From the NCBI RefSeq assembly GCF_003428155.1, contig NZ_QLIR01000005.1, positions 84,312 to 116,311 of the forward strand: 32,000 nt of DNA, written 5' to 3'. Made by a program: the position numbers and the translations under genes. The notes below the pieces were generated by a model, which saw nothing but the letters and a program-made list of their open reading frames with translations, was not told the DNA's origin and searched no databases. The stretch is from Fastidiosibacter lacustris (GTDB lineage Bacteria; Pseudomonadota; Gammaproteobacteria; Francisellales; Francisellaceae). This document shows positions 7,789-18,616 of this stretch, piece after piece. The stretch's first letter is position 1. Each line of letters begins with the position of its first letter.

Positions 7789-9615
7789 ATGAAAATATCC
7801 AGTGTTAAAGTTGTAATATCAAATACTGAACATTGTTGTTTTGCAAAAGCAATATCACATGAAATTGCAGAAAGTGCCAAACAAAGAAAAACAGGTATAG
7901 CTATGCGCAGTGTAGATTACTTGCAGACTAAAATGCGTACTCAACATGCGGTGATTGCTATTGACACTGAAAATGAAGAAGTGGCAGGATTTTGCTATAT
8001 TGAGTCTTGGCAGGATAAAAGTTATGTGTCAAATTCAGGACTGATTGTTTTCCCGAAGTATCGCAGTTTAGGTCTAGCAAAAGCTCTTAAGGAAAAGGCT
8101 TTTGAGTTAGCGCGCTTGTATTATCCAAATGCAAGAATATTTGGCCTAACAACCAATCCTGTAGTGATGAAAATCAATTGTGAGCTTGGTTATCAGCCTA
8201 CATCTTTTGCAAAGCTCACGCATGACATGACTTTTTGGCAAGGTTGCCAAAGTTGTGTCAATTTTTCGATTTTGCAATCCAAAAATTATCAGAACTGCTT
8301 ATGTACAGGTATGCTTTATGAACCCAACAACCATAAACCAAAGGAGCAAAAAATGAAGGTCATAGTAGCCTTTAGTGGTGGCTTAGATACAAGCTTTTGT
8401 GTGAAGTATTTGCAACAAGAAAAAAATCTCGAAGTACATACGGTTACTGTAAATACAGGTGGCTTTTCCAAATTTGATCTAGCAGAAATTGAGAAAAGGG
8501 CATATCAATTGGGCGCAACGACTCACCAAAATATTGATGCAACAAATGATTTTTATAATCACTGTGTTAAATATTTAATTTTTGGGAATGTGCTTAAAAA
8601 TAATTGTTATCCGCTTTCTGTTAGTGCAGAGCGTGCGTTCCAATCGATGGTCATTGCTAACAAAGCAAACGAATTGGGTATCAATAAAATCGCTCACGGT
8701 TGCACAGGAGCAGGTAATGATCAAGTACGTTTTGATTTAATGTTCCATATCTTATGTTCGAATGTTGAGATTATTACTCCCATTCGCGATTTATCGTTAA
8801 CTCGCGCGCAAACACAAGCTTACCTTATTAAGCATGGAATTGAATGCTCAGACAAAACAAAAAAATACTCCATTAACAAAGGGCTTTGGGGGACGTCAAT
8901 AGGTGGTGTAGAAACACTTAGCTCACACTTGGCTTTACCTGAAGAAGCTTGGTCAAGTCAGATGACAAAGTCCTTAAGTGATGAAGAAAAGGTGAAGATT
9001 ACTTTCTTAAAAGGAGAACCAATTGCTTTAAATGATGAATTATCTAACCCTATACAGTTAATCAAAAAACTTAATGAACTTGCAAGTTGCTATGCCATTG
9101 GTCGTGATATTCACGTAGGCGATACCATTATTAACATCAAAGGTCGGGTTGGCTTTGAAGCACCAGCACCTATGGTTTTAATTAAGGCACATCATTGCCT
9201 AGAAAAGCATGTTTTAACAAAAGCGCAGTTAAAGCTAAAAGATCAGCTTGCCTGTACTTATGGTGAGATGGTACATGAAGGTCAGTTTATGGATCCTGCA
9301 TTACGTGATATTGAGAACTTTTTAAGCTCAACGCAACTACATGTTAGTGGCAATGTATTTATCAAGCTTAAGCCGTGGTATTTTACAATCACAGGTATTG
9401 AGTCAGATTATGATTTAATGCAGCAGCAAGGTGCACAATACGGTGAAGGAAACACAAGTTTTAGTGGTCAAGATGTAAGAGGGTTTAGTAAAATTTTAAG
9501 TAATCAGCTTGCAGCCTATCATCAGAAGTTGAAGAACAAGCAGAGTAACCAAACAACAAAATTGGTTACTAGTTCGACAGATAAAAAAGCTCACAATGCT
9601 CTATTGGTTAATTGA
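7789..9615 (+). CDS. argG: Fusion: N-terminal GNAT acyltransferase (predicted N-acetyl/N-succinyl-glutamate synthase) plus C-terminal argininosuccinate synthase (Bacteroidetes-like)
   Basis: Residues 1 to about 150 GNAT-like (VFPKYRSLGLAKALKEKAFELA, FGLTTNPVVMKINCELGY); Cys cluster C153/C156/C170/C172; from residue 189 argininosuccinate synthase (AFSGGLDTSFC, HGCTGAGNDQVRFD, YSINKGLWGTSIGG); continuous frame. Confidence 0.93.
   Translation: MKISSVKVVISNTEHCCFAKAISHEIAESAKQRKTGIAMRSVDYLQTKMRTQHAVIAIDTENEEVAGFCYIESWQDKSYVSNSGLIVFPKYRSLGLAKALKEKAFELARLYYPNARIFGLTTNPVVMKINCELGYQPTSFAKLTHDMTFWQGCQSCVNFSILQSKNYQNCLCTGMLYEPNNHKPKEQKMKVIVAFSGGLDTSFCVKYLQQEKNLEVHTVTVNTGGFSKFDLAEIEKRAYQLGATTHQNIDATNDFYNHCVKYLIFGNVLKNNCYPLSVSAERAFQSMVIANKANELGINKIAHGCTGAGNDQVRFDLMFHILCSNVEIITPIRDLSLTRAQTQAYLIKHGIECSDKTKKYSINKGLWGTSIGGVETLSSHLALPEEAWSSQMTKSLSDEEKVKITFLKGEPIALNDELSNPIQLIKKLNELASCYAIGRDIHVGDTIINIKGRVGFEAPAPMVLIKAHHCLEKHVLTKAQLKLKDQLACTYGEMVHEGQFMDPALRDIENFLSSTQLHVSGNVFIKLKPWYFTITGIESDYDLMQQQGAQYGEGNTSFSGQDVRGFSKILSNQLAAYHQKLKNKQSNQTTKLVTSSTDKKAHNALLVN
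8341..8355 (+). promoter_or_regulatory. Internal ribosome-binding site and ATG for a standalone ArgG (8353..9615)
   Basis: AAGGAG at 8341-8346 (AAAGGAG from 8340), 6 nt spacer, ATG at 8353-8355, in frame, exactly at the canonical ArgG N-terminus MKVIVAFSGGLDTS. Confidence 0.6.
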
Positions 9616-9618
9616 AGA

Positions 9619-10596
9619 ATGAATATGATAAAAAACAAAAAAATAAAAGTAGGGATTATAGGAGGTGCTGGTTATACGGCAGGAGAATTATTACGTATCT
9701 TAACCTACCACCCTCACGTTAATATAGACTTTGTACACAGTGATTCAAATCAAGGTAAACCAATAAAAAATGTACATCGTGATTTTTATTTAATTGATGA
9801 AAAACGCGTGTTTGATCATATGCTTAATCCAGAAGTTGACGTTGCTTTTTTGTGTGTTGGTCACAATCAGTCAAAGTCAGTCTTAAAAAACGTAATATTT
9901 TCAAATACCACTAAACTTATTGATTTAAGTCAAGATCATCGTAATAGTTCAGAGAATCCAGAATTTGTATATGGGCTTGCCGATGTTTATCCAAATGAAA
10001 TCAAGCAAGCAACTAAAATTGCCAATCCTGGTTGTTTTGCAACAGCCATTCAGCTTGGTGTAATGCCATTTTGCCAATATGTGCAAGATGATGTTCATGT
10101 CACAGCGATTACAGGTTCAACAGGGGCTGGCGCTAAGTTAAGTGATACTTCCCATTTTAGTTGGCGAGCCAATAACCTTTCAGTTTACAAAAGCTTTGAA
10201 CATCAGCATATGAATGAGATATGCCGAGGTTTAGGCTTAAATAGAAATCAGTTGCAATTTGTTCCGATGCGAGGTGCATTTACCCGTGGTATATTGGCAT
10301 CGATTTATTTTAAATCATCATTAAATGGGATAGAAGCAAGAAACTTGGCACAAGCCTTTTACCACAAGGTCGAATTTGTTAAGGTGAGTGAAGAAGAATC
10401 AGGTCCAGATTTAAAAAGTGTGGTCAATACCAATTACTGTTTGCTATCAGTTAAAAAGTATGGTGATTATTTGCATATTATTAGTGTGATTGATAATTTA
10501 ATTAAAGGTGCGGTAGGGCAAGCCGTACAAAATATGAATTTAATGTTTGGCTTTGATATAAGCTGTGGTTTGACATTGAAGCCAATTGCTTTTTAA
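9619..10596 (+). CDS. argC: N-acyl-gamma-glutamyl-phosphate reductase
   Basis: GIIGGAGYTAGELLRIL; catalytic NPGCFATAIQLG; GSTGAGAKLSDTSHFSWRANNLSVYKSFEHQH (Bacteroidetes-type segment). Confidence 0.95.
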   Translation: MNMIKNKKIKVGIIGGAGYTAGELLRILTYHPHVNIDFVHSDSNQGKPIKNVHRDFYLIDEKRVFDHMLNPEVDVAFLCVGHNQSKSVLKNVIFSNTTKLIDLSQDHRNSSENPEFVYGLADVYPNEIKQATKIANPGCFATAIQLGVMPFCQYVQDDVHVTAITGSTGAGAKLSDTSHFSWRANNLSVYKSFEHQHMNEICRGLGLNRNQLQFVPMRGAFTRGILASIYFKSSLNGIEARNLAQAFYHKVEFVKVSEEESGPDLKSVVNTNYCLLSVKKYGDYLHIISVIDNLIKGAVGQAVQNMNLMFGFDISCGLTLKPIAF

Positions 10597-10616
10597 GTTG
10601 AAATTAGGAGAAGAGC

Positions 10617-11597
10617 ATGCAACATTATCTTAGTATTAAAGATATAGACAATATTAAAAATGCAATTGAATCGTGTATTGAGATTAAAAAATCACCTTTT
10701 ACTAAGCTACAGCTTGCAAACAATAAAACATTAGGCATCATCTTTCTCAATCCTAGCTTGCGTACCAAAATTTCAACGATTAAGGCTGCACAAAACATTG
10801 GATTAAACGTGTTACCGATTGATGTTAACAATGGCTGGTCACTGGAATTTAGTGAAGGCGTTGTGATGGATACAAATAAACCAGAGCATATCAAGGAAGC
10901 CGCACAAGTTATTGCAAAATATTGCGATATGGTTGCTATTCGTGCTTTTGCTAAGCTTATGGATAAGGAAGAAGATTATAAAGAGCAAATATTTGCCAGC
11001 TTTAAAAAATATACAAATTGCCCGCTTATAAATTTAGAGTCTACCTTACGCCATCCATTGCAAAGCTTGGCAGATATTTTAACAATTGAAGAGTATAAAA
11101 ATATACAAAGCTTAAAAAAGCTTAAAGTAGTGCTAAGTTGGGCTCCGCATGTTAATCCATTACCACATGCTGTCGCAAATTCATTTGCTGAGAGTATGCA
11201 GTTGATGGATTATGAGTTTGTTATCACGCATCCTAAAGGCTATGAGCTGGATCCTGAGTTTACAAAAAATGCCTCAGTTTGTTACGATCAAGATGAAGCA
11301 TTAAAAGGAGCGGATTTTATTTATGTTAAAAATTGGTCAAGTACTAAATATTATGGCAAGGTGACCAATACAGATCAAAGTTGGATGATCAATAAAAACA
11401 AACTTAAAAACGCGCCTTATGCCAAAGTGATGCACTGCTTACCTGTTCGTAGAAATTTAGTGATTGCAGATGATGTATTGGATTCTGAGCAATCAATAGT
11501 TATTGATCAAGCAGAAAATCGCCTTTATGCAGCGCAATATGTGCTGTCAGAAATCATTAAAACGCTTGATAAAAAAGAAAATAGGCTTAAATCTTGA
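10617..11597 (+). CDS. argF': N-succinyl-L-ornithine carbamoyltransferase (ArgF'), predicted; N-acetylornithine carbamoyltransferase is the alternative
   Basis: SLRT carbamoyl-phosphate motif; WSLEFSEGVVMDTNKPEH; STLRHPLQSLADILTIEEY; HCLPVRRN (AOTCase/SOTCase type); Pro89 in KPEH loop at 10881-10883. Confidence 0.85.
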   Translation: MQHYLSIKDIDNIKNAIESCIEIKKSPFTKLQLANNKTLGIIFLNPSLRTKISTIKAAQNIGLNVLPIDVNNGWSLEFSEGVVMDTNKPEHIKEAAQVIAKYCDMVAIRAFAKLMDKEEDYKEQIFASFKKYTNCPLINLESTLRHPLQSLADILTIEEYKNIQSLKKLKVVLSWAPHVNPLPHAVANSFAESMQLMDYEFVITHPKGYELDPEFTKNASVCYDQDEALKGADFIYVKNWSSTKYYGKVTNTDQSWMINKNKLKNAPYAKVMHCLPVRRNLVIADDVLDSEQSIVIDQAENRLYAAQYVLSEIIKTLDKKENRLKS

Positions 11598-11682
11598 GAA
11601 ATAGAATAATGTAATTCCACTTTACTTATCATATATGACAGATTTATAGAGATATCATGTAAAACCTGGAAAATTTTGGAAG

Positions 11683-12510
11683 ATGAAAAATCAAATCAAT
11701 AAAATAAAAATCATTAAAATTGGTGGTCGTGTTATGGATGACACACAGCAATTAGAACAGTTCTTTGGTGCATTATCTAAGCAAAACGTACCTTTTATTT
11801 TGGTGCATGGTGGGGGTGATAAGGTCAATAAACTAGTTGAAAAATTTCACATTACACCACAGTTTGTTGATGGTCGACGTATAACCGACAATAAAAGCTT
11901 GGAAGCTGTTGTGATGATGCTTGCTGGATGGATAAATAAAGACATCGTGGCAAGTTTACAAGCAAAGGGTCTCAATGCATGGGGTTTAACGGGAGTGGAT
12001 GCAAATTTAGTCATGTGTGATAAACGTTGCATGCAAAAGTATGATTTTGGTTTTGTTGGTGATGTAAAGTCGGTTAACGTATCACCTTTGTTAATGCTAT
12101 TAGAACACGGTATAACGCCAGTTTTATCCCCCATTACCCACGATGGTAAAGGGCAGTTATTAAACACTAATGCCGATACCTTTGCCGCAAGCATTGCAAT
12201 AAACTTGGCCATCATTCAAGGTATTGAGATTGAGCTTTATTATTGTTTAGATTTACAAGGTGTGTATGAAAACCTTGATCAGCCTGATTCGTTGATTGCA
12301 GTATTGGATGAAGATAAGTTTAAAGACTGCCATGCTCAAGGCATGATTAAAGAAGGTATGATTCCTAAGCTTCAAAATTGCTTTAGTGCTTTAGAGCGGG
12401 GGGTTAGTAAAATCTATGTGAGTAATGCTACGCAAATAATTCAACTGTTGATAGGCTTGAAGTTTAAAGGTACAGCAATCGTTAAAAAAGAGAAGTCTAT
12501 ACATGTCTAA
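11683..12510 (+). CDS. argB: N-acylglutamate kinase (Bacteroidetes-like)
   Basis: IKIGGRVMDD, VHGGGDKVNKL, FVDGRRITD, LTGVDANLV, GFVGDVKSVN, THDGKGQLLNTNADTFAA. Confidence 0.93.
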   Translation: MKNQINKIKIIKIGGRVMDDTQQLEQFFGALSKQNVPFILVHGGGDKVNKLVEKFHITPQFVDGRRITDNKSLEAVVMMLAGWINKDIVASLQAKGLNAWGLTGVDANLVMCDKRCMQKYDFGFVGDVKSVNVSPLLMLLEHGITPVLSPITHDGKGQLLNTNADTFAASIAINLAIIQGIEIELYYCLDLQGVYENLDQPDSLIAVLDEDKFKDCHAQGMIKEGMIPKLQNCFSALERGVSKIYVSNATQIIQLLIGLKFKGTAIVKKEKSIHV

Positions 12511-13600
12511 GATGGTGTTAGAAAATAAAGAAATGCTTAAGGTGAAATGTGATGCTTTAGCCCTACTTAAAGCACTTATTGCTACTCCGTCGCCTTCGAA
12601 ACAAGAGAATAAAACAGCATGCTTATTGCAATCATGGTTAAATGACAAAGGTGTTGATGCCACTTTAATTGGCAATAATGTTTGTGCCAAAAATAAATTT
12701 TTTGATACGTATAAACCATCGATTTTGCTTGTTTCGCATCATGATACGGTGCCCCCCTCGAAAGATTATACAATTGATCCTTACACTCCTTTCATAAAAG
12801 AAGGGAAGCTTTATGGGTTAGGCTCAAATGATGCAGGTGGACCACTGGTGAGTCTGTTAAGTGCTTTTGTTTATTTTTATGATGAGGAGCATTTGCCATT
12901 TAATTTAATGTTTTGTGCAGCAGCAGAGGAGGAGATTTCAGGTAGAAATGGGTTGGAGTTGGCGTTACCATTTTTTGGTGAAATCAATTTTGCAATTGTC
13001 GGCGAGCCCACAAGTATGGCTTTAGCGATTAGTGAAAAAGGATTAATGGTTTGTGATTGTATAGCGTATGGTAAATCAGGACATACGGCAAGAGACGAAG
13101 GTGAAAACGCGATTTTAAAAGCAATTAAAGATATACAATGGTTGACAAACTATAAATTTGACAAAGTATCTCCCAGTTTAGGGGAGATTAAAATGAGTGC
13201 TACCATGATTGAAGCTGGTATTAAGCATAACATTGTGCCTAATAAATGTCATTTTGTTGTCGATGTACGTACAACAGATGCTTATAGTAATGAGGAAGTG
13301 CTAAAAATTATGCAGCAAAATATGCAATCAGAAGTACAGGCGCGTTCAACTCGAATAAAACCAAGTGCAACACCACTGAATCATCCTGTAGTAAAAGCAT
13401 TGCTAGCACAAGGTGTCACAACGTATGGTTCTCCCACGACTTCAGATCAAGCAATTTTGAGTTGTCCTAGTGTTAAATTTTCACCAGGAGATTCAGCACG
13501 CTCGCATACGGCGAATGAATTTATTTATATTCAACAAATTAATGAAGGAATTGCTTTTTTCATAGATTTTTTTAGTACAATGAGGAATATGAAATGGTAG
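12503..13600 (+). CDS. argE: M20 family N-acyl-L-ornithine deacylase
   Basis: LLVSHHDTVPPS, LYGLGSNDAGGPLVSL, CAAAEEEISGRNGLE, VGEPTSM; overlaps argB by 8 nt (ATGTCTAA). Confidence 0.9.
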   Translation: MSKMVLENKEMLKVKCDALALLKALIATPSPSKQENKTACLLQSWLNDKGVDATLIGNNVCAKNKFFDTYKPSILLVSHHDTVPPSKDYTIDPYTPFIKEGKLYGLGSNDAGGPLVSLLSAFVYFYDEEHLPFNLMFCAAAEEEISGRNGLELALPFFGEINFAIVGEPTSMALAISEKGLMVCDCIAYGKSGHTARDEGENAILKAIKDIQWLTNYKFDKVSPSLGEIKMSATMIEAGIKHNIVPNKCHFVVDVRTTDAYSNEEVLKIMQQNMQSEVQARSTRIKPSATPLNHPVVKALLAQGVTTYGSPTTSDQAILSCPSVKFSPGDSARSHTANEFIYIQQINEGIAFFIDFFSTMRNMKW

Positions 13601-15033
13601 AAAAAATAGTAGATAACCAAAAGCAAAAACTATGGGGTGGGCGTTTTAGTGAAGATAACAATCCGTTATTTGTACAATTTAATGCATCGCTTCGTTTTGA
13701 CTACCGTTTGCTAGCTTATGATATTAAAGCGAGTAAAGTTTTTACACATGGACTTTATGATATTAGTGTATTAACACAAGTTGAGCTAAGTGCACTCCAT
13801 CAAGCGCTAGATGAAATTGCAAAAGATAACCAGCAAAACCCCAAGTTGATTCAAGAAGCAATTTGGGAAGGGGTAGAAGACGTACATACTTTTGTTGAGC
13901 AAAGTTTAGTGGAGAAGTTAGGTGATTTAGCGTATAAAGCCAATACGAGTAGATCGCGTAATGAACAAGTTTCATGTGCGACAAGATTATGGGCGTTGGA
14001 TCACATTGATCAAGTTGTTGATCTTATTCAAAATTTGCAACACGATTTGTGTCAACAAGCACAGACCAACATTGATGTTCCACTCATGGGGTATACCCAT
14101 TTACAGCAGGCACAACCTATTACATGGGGTCATTATTTCTTGTCTTTTTATGAAATGCTCAAGCGTGATATTGAAAGACTATCAGATGTCAAAAAACGTG
14201 TGGACATTTCACCTTTAGGATTAGGTGCAATTGCAGGTAATTCGTGGCAATTAGATCGTTATAAAATAGCAAAACAATTAGGGTTTAGTGAAGTTTCAAA
14301 AAATAGCTTAGATGCTGTGAGTGATCGTGATTATATCATCGAATTTATGGCGGCATTGAGTCTTGTTAGTGTACATTTAAGCCGCCTTGCTGAAGATATG
14401 ATTATCTATTCAACAACTGAATTTGATTTACTTGAGATGAGCGATGAAGTAACAACGGGTTCCTCACTTATGCCGCAAAAGAAAAATCCAGATGCAATGG
14501 AACTTGTACGTGGTAAAACAGGACGTATCTATGGTCATTTAATTGCATTATTAACGACGATAAAAGCGTTACCTTCAGGTTATAACAAAGATCTACAAGA
14601 AGACAAAGAAGCATTGTTTGGTGCTGTAGATACAATAATTGATATATTACGGATTACCAAGATTACTATTGCGAGTTTAAAGATTAAAAAAAATAAGGAT
14701 TATAAGCATAGCTTTTGTGTTGCCACCGAACTTGCAGATTACCTTGCTAAAAAAGGTGTACCATTTAGAAAAGCTCATCATATAGTAGGTAAAATTACAC
14801 GCTTTGCATTGAATGAAGGTCGTCCACTTAAAGAGCTAACATTAACCGAATATCAGCGGTTTTTTCCAAACGTTGAACAAGATATTTTTCAAGTGATAAC
14901 GATTGATTTTGCAATCAATAGTAAAAAGGTAATCGGTGGGACAGCAGTTGAGGAAGTTAAGAAACAGCTAGATGTTATAAACTCAAGTATGAGCGTTGAT
15001 TCAGCAAAGGTCGGTATTCAATACACTTTCTAA
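13594..15033 (+). CDS. argH: Argininosuccinate lyase
   Basis: LWGGRFSE, HTFVEQSL, NTSRSRNEQV, GYTHLQQAQPITWGH, GSSLMPQKKNPDAMELVRGK; overlaps argE by 7 nt. Confidence 0.96.
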   Translation: MVEKIVDNQKQKLWGGRFSEDNNPLFVQFNASLRFDYRLLAYDIKASKVFTHGLYDISVLTQVELSALHQALDEIAKDNQQNPKLIQEAIWEGVEDVHTFVEQSLVEKLGDLAYKANTSRSRNEQVSCATRLWALDHIDQVVDLIQNLQHDLCQQAQTNIDVPLMGYTHLQQAQPITWGHYFLSFYEMLKRDIERLSDVKKRVDISPLGLGAIAGNSWQLDRYKIAKQLGFSEVSKNSLDAVSDRDYIIEFMAALSLVSVHLSRLAEDMIIYSTTEFDLLEMSDEVTTGSSLMPQKKNPDAMELVRGKTGRIYGHLIALLTTIKALPSGYNKDLQEDKEALFGAVDTIIDILRITKITIASLKIKKNKDYKHSFCVATELADYLAKKGVPFRKAHHIVGKITRFALNEGRPLKELTLTEYQRFFPNVEQDIFQVITIDFAINSKKVIGGTAVEEVKKQLDVINSSMSVDSAKVGIQYTF

Positions 15034-15121
15034 TTCCAAATATCAATAATTTAAGGTGTTTAGTTGCAATGTTTGATATAATTCCGCGTGATTTGTTTTT
15101 AAGTAAAAATGGAGCGACTGA

Positions 15122-17539
<2,418 letters not shown>

Positions 17540-17669
17540 TTTTGTGACGATGGGGTGCTATATACACTTTAATTTATCATGCTATTAATATATTTGAAAG
17601 GTTTGCAATTATTGGCGTTATCTAAGATAAAATGATACCATATCAGTACTATTTTATTGAATAAACCTG

Positions 17670-18056
17670 ATGAGAAAAACTATGATAGAAAAGTTTGATC
17701 CAAATATTGAGCGACCAGTAACTTTTACTCAAGCGGCATTAAAGCACTTTAAAAAACATTTGGAAAAAATAGGTGGACTTGGGATTAAAATCGGTATCAA
17801 GACCACAGGTTGTTCAGGTTTAGCTTATGTTGTTGAGCCTATTCATGAATTACCGCAAGGGTTTATTAGACTAGAAGAACAAGGCGTTTTGTTCTTTGTT
17901 GATCCTAAAGCCTTGCAATATGTTAATGGTCTTGAAATTGATCACATTAAAAGAGAACTTGGTTTGTCACAACTTGTTTATAAGAATCCCAATGAGTCAG
18001 CACGTTGTGGCTGTGGTGAGAGTTTTACCGTTATAGATGAGGGGTTGAAAGGTTAA
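17670..18056 (+). CDS. sufA: A-type iron-sulfur cluster carrier (SufA/IscA family)
   Basis: GIKTTGCSGLAYVVEP and C-terminal CGCGESFTV; three conserved Cys; possible true start at second Met (17682). Confidence 0.85.
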   Translation: MRKTMIEKFDPNIERPVTFTQAALKHFKKHLEKIGGLGIKIGIKTTGCSGLAYVVEPIHELPQGFIRLEEQGVLFFVDPKALQYVNGLEIDHIKRELGLSQLVYKNPNESARCGCGESFTVIDEGLKG

Positions 18057-18607
18057 TGAAGATGTCAGACGTTGCAATTTTACGTCGTGAGGTAGAAGTT
18101 ACGACGGTGCCTTATGGCGAAAAAATGACACTCATGCCAGGACAAGAAGTTTTAGTGACTCAAGCAATGGGTGCAAGTTTCACACTAAATGTGATGGGTA
18201 ACTTAGTTTACTTAGATGGCAAAGATGCTGATGCAATCAATCGAGAAATTATATTGTTGCCCAGTGATAAAATTGACGTGAAACCAGGCGATGAAATTAA
18301 TATGGATTTAATTTGGGCACAATTGCGCACAGTTTATGACCCAGAAATTCCAGTTAATATTGTTGATTTAGGCTTAATTTATGACATTTCAACTACGTTA
18401 TTGGAAAATAGTAACTATCATATTGGGGTTCAGATGACCTTAACTGCCCCAGGTTGCGGTATGGGACCAATATTGGTGCAGGATGTGGAAGAAAAACTTA
18501 AACAATTTGCTAATATTGATAAAGCTGATGTCGTGCTTGTGTTTGATCCCCCCTGGAATTCAGAGATGATGACCGAGGAAGCAAAATTGGAACTTGGCTT
18601 ATTTTAA
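18056..18607 (+). CDS. sufT: Putative Fe-S cluster assembly protein SufT (DUF59/MIP18 domain)
   Basis: VYDPEIPVNIVDLGLIYD, MTLTAPGCGMGPIL, VFDPPWNSEMMTEEAKLELG, with the SufT N-terminal extension. Confidence 0.9.
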   Translation: MKMSDVAILRREVEVTTVPYGEKMTLMPGQEVLVTQAMGASFTLNVMGNLVYLDGKDADAINREIILLPSDKIDVKPGDEINMDLIWAQLRTVYDPEIPVNIVDLGLIYDISTTLLENSNYHIGVQMTLTAPGCGMGPILVQDVEEKLKQFANIDKADVVLVFDPPWNSEMMTEEAKLELGLF

Positions 18608-18616
18608 GGAAAGCTT

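Noticed and set aside
10625-12690. Minus-strand ORFs 10625-10894, 11847-12215, 12391-12690
   Set aside because: Antisense to argF', argB and argE; no recognisable domain and no convincing RBS.
15034-15121. TATAAT at 15077-15082 as a gyrB promoter
   Set aside because: Good -10 match but no acceptable -35 at 16-18 nt spacing; not strong enough to list as a feature.
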